NCBI RefSeq assembly: GCF_016717175.1
Contig: NZ_JADKFZ010000003.1
Origin: Nannocystis sp.
GTDB lineage: Bacteria; Myxococcota_A; Polyangia; Nannocystales; Nannocystaceae
Direction: 5' to 3' (one strand)
Length of the DNA: 37,303 nt
Part shown: piece after piece, positions 35,536-37,303 of the stretch
Layout of the letters: the number at the start of each line of letters is the position of its first letter
Numbering within the stretch: position 1 is the first letter of the stretch
The notes under the pieces: generated by a model
The model's input: only the letters and a program-made list of their open reading frames with translations
What the model was told of the DNA's origin: nothing
Databases searched by the model: none
Program-made: the position numbers and the translations under genes

Positions 35536-37303
35536 TGCGTCGGTCAAAACCGACAGAGAGGAGAGAATGAGAGAGTCTTACAGTGAAGGTCTAGCGAGCC
35601 ACACTGGCCCCGAGTCATGCGGAGGCGATCGCAAGGTCGTCGGCGAAGCGTTGACAGGGGCCACGCGGGCTGGGACATGGAGCTCCGAAATCGGAAATTC
35701 GGGTGGCGGACGCCGTGGACGCAAGCGGAACGCAACACCTGACGCGCCGTTAGAGCGAGGAACGTCAGGCCCCGCGGAGTCGAAGACCCCAAGCACGCGT
35801 GGAACCTCTTTGTACGGGAACCGAGAGATCCTGTGGTGGCCCACGAGATGGTCGTGGGCGGAGATCAGGAAGCCGAGGAGGCGAAGCTGATCATGGTGGG
35901 CCACAGGAAGTCGGACAGGGTCGTAGTACCGGAGAAGCGGCCGAACAACGCCTCAGAGGCGGCGGAGGCCGTGGAGGGAAGGATCCTGACCAAGGGGAAC
36001 ACGGACGAGCAAGCCGCGTCCCGGACACAGCGCCGGATTGAAGACGCGTCAAGCAAGCTCGACCGTGTACGAGAAGCGGCCAGAAGGGACAAGGAGCAGA
36101 AGTTCACAGCGCTGCTGCACCACGTGGACGAGACGGCGCTCTTGCGGGCGTTCCGAACGATGAACCGCAACGCCACAGCTGGCGTCGATGGCGTGACGTG
36201 GGCGCAGTACGAGGATGGGGTGGAAGAACGGTTGCAGGAGTTGTGCTCGCGGATCCACCGCGGAGCATACCGACCGCAGCCGTCGCGGCGGACGTACATC
36301 CCGAAGGCGGATGGGACGCAGCGAGCGCTGGGCATCGCGGCGCTCGAGGACAAGATCGTGCAGAAGGCCGTGGCTGCGGTGCTGAACGCGATCTATGAGG
36401 AGGATTTCCTCGGGTTCTCGTACGGGTTTCGGCCCGGACGATCACAGCATGACGCACTGGATGCCCTCACCGTGGCGATCCAGACGAAGAAGGTGAACTA
36501 CATCCTGGACGCGGACATCCGTGGGTACTTCGATACCATCGACCACGCGACGCTCCTTCAGCACGTCCAGCATCGAGTGCATGACCCGCGGGTGCTCAGG
36601 CTCATCCAGCGGTGGCTGAGGGCCGGGGTCATGGACGAGGGGCGATGGAAGGCGAGTGAGGCAGGGACGCCTCAGGGCGCGACGATCTCACCGCTGCTGG
36701 CGAATATCTACCTCCACCACGTACTCGATCAGTGGGTGTGTGCGTGGCGGAAGATGCAAGCTCGCGGCGAGGTGATCATCGTGCGCTACGCCGACGATTT
36801 CATCGTCGGCTTTCAGTACGAGCAGGACGCGAAGGCGTTCCAGGAGGCTCTGCAAGCGCGCCTGCGCGAGCACCTGCTGGAGCTGCACCCCGACAAGACG
36901 CGGCTGATCGAGTTTGGGCGCTACGCGCTCGAGCGACGAGCAGAGCGTGGCGAGGGGAAGCCACAGACCTTCAACTTCCTCGGCTTCACGCACATCTGTG
37001 CGCCAGGCGAGAAGGGGTTTTGGGTCAAGCGCATCCCGATGAAGGAGAGAGTCCGTGCGAAGCTGCGGAAGCTGAAAGAGGCTCTCCGGCGCGTCATGCA
37101 CCGACCCGTCTCCGTCGTGGGCGCGTGGTTGAAGAAGGTTCTGCAGGGGTACTTCGCCTACTATTCCGTGCCCGGAGCCCAGGGGACGCTCTCGAAGATG
37201 CGTCACCAACTGGGCTACCTCTGGGTCAGGGTGCTGCGTCGACGCGACCAAAACCGGACCCTGAACTGGGAACGGATGCGGCGGATCGTCAAGGCATGGC
37301 TCC
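35536..37303 (+). mobile_element. Group II intron, 3'-partial; the 5' boundary is uncertain (a GTGCG candidate lies at about 35535, and the true boundary may be up to ~250 nt further upstream)
   Basis: Intron-encoded RT/maturase ORF from 35893 to the window end, with a non-coding structured leader upstream. GTGCG at ~35535 fits the GUGYG 5' consensus. A 22-bp direct repeat GCTTG(A/C)GTGGGGCAACGCGGGG lies at ~35268 and ~35321 between dtd and the intron. Confidence 0.5.
35893..37303 (+). CDS. Group II intron-encoded reverse transcriptase/maturase (3'-partial; continues beyond the window)
   Basis: Manual translation gives MVGHRKSDRVVVPEKRPNN..ALLRAFRTMNRNATAGVDGVTW..YRPQPSRRTYIPKADGTQRALGIAALEDKIVQKAV (RT0-2)..FRPGRSQHDAL (RT3)..GTPQGATISPLLANIYLH (RT4)..RYADDFIV (RT5 YADD)..LGFTH (RT7)..domain X WLKKVLQGYFAYYSVPG. 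A ggagg RBS lies 8 nt upstream. It is absent from the ORF track because there is no stop in the window. Confidence 0.85.
   Translation, partial: MVGHRKSDRVVVPEKRPNNASEAAEAVEGRILTKGNTDEQAASRTQRRIEDASSKLDRVREAARRDKEQKFTALLHHVDETALLRAFRTMNRNATAGVDGVTWAQYEDGVEERLQELCSRIHRGAYRPQPSRRTYIPKADGTQRALGIAALEDKIVQKAVAAVLNAIYEEDFLGFSYGFRPGRSQHDALDALTVAIQTKKVNYILDADIRGYFDTIDHATLLQHVQHRVHDPRVLRLIQRWLRAGVMDEGRWKASEAGTPQGATISPLLANIYLHHVLDQWVCAWRKMQARGEVIIVRYADDFIVGFQYEQDAKAFQEALQARLREHLLELHPDKTRLIEFGRYALERRAERGEGKPQTFNFLGFTHICAPGEKGFWVKRIPMKERVRAKLRKLKEALRRVMHRPVSVVGAWLKKVLQGYFAYYSVPGAQGTLSKMRHQLGYLWVRVLRRRDQNRTLNWERMRRIVKAWL

Noticed and set aside
35567-35890. 107-aa ORF MRESYSEGLASHTGPESCGGDRK... just upstream of the intron RT
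   Set aside because: It lies in the non-coding 5' domains of the group II intron, has no RBS or recognisable fold, and ends exactly where the RT ORF begins. It is most likely structured intron RNA.
36688-37251. 187-aa minus-strand ORF inside the RT/maturase gene
   Set aside because: It is antisense to a strongly supported RT ORF and has no motifs.

Overview
High-GC bacterial chromosomal segment, most consistent with a myxobacterial-type genome: many lipoproteins with S/T/G-rich linkers, a MYXO-CTERM-like Cys-TM-Arg tail, and long GC-driven antisense ORFs on both strands. About 30 genes can be supported from motifs. Content by position: (1) a BI-1/YccA paralog, a small lipoprotein, a SpoIID/LytB-domain lipoprotein, an M1 aminopeptidase and a second BI-1/YccA paralog (0-6.3 kb). 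(2) A YkgJ Cys-cluster protein, a 3-gene ABC-2 exporter (ATPase + 2 permeases), an FG-GAP beta-propeller lipoprotein and a nucleoside-hydrolase-like gene (6.4-13 kb). (3) A complete Na+-translocating NADH:quinone oxidoreductase operon nqrA-B-C-D-E-F-apbE-nqrM on the minus strand (13.0-20.2 kb); nqrM is a 57-aa gene missed by the ORF track. (4) A single in-frame ORF fusing MqnA (chorismate dehydratase) to a MqnE/MqnC radical-SAM enzyme of the futalosine menaquinone pathway. (5) A Kazal-domain lipoprotein, a divergent class V aminotransferase / PlsC-like acyltransferase pair, a TolB(PD40)-amidohydrolase fusion lipoprotein, MurJ, a UbiA-family prenyltransferase and Dtd. (6) The start of a group II intron (RT/maturase ORF running off the 3' end of the window). 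The most unusual non-genic signal is a family of GGGACAG-containing palindromic or tandem repeat arrays placed exactly at convergent gene junctions (12.97, 26.9 and 31.9-32.05 kb); the two ends of each array supply the TGA stop codons, and in two cases the identical PPAT C-terminus, of the flanking genes. Two apparent frameshifts were found: one separates the ApbE signal peptide from its catalytic domain, the other sits in a C5/G5 homopolymer inside a C4 zinc-ribbon hypothetical. The ORF track translates some GTG starts as M (e.g. apbE). Coordinates read off the sequence may be off by 1-2 nt; those computed from ORF-track endpoints are more reliable.
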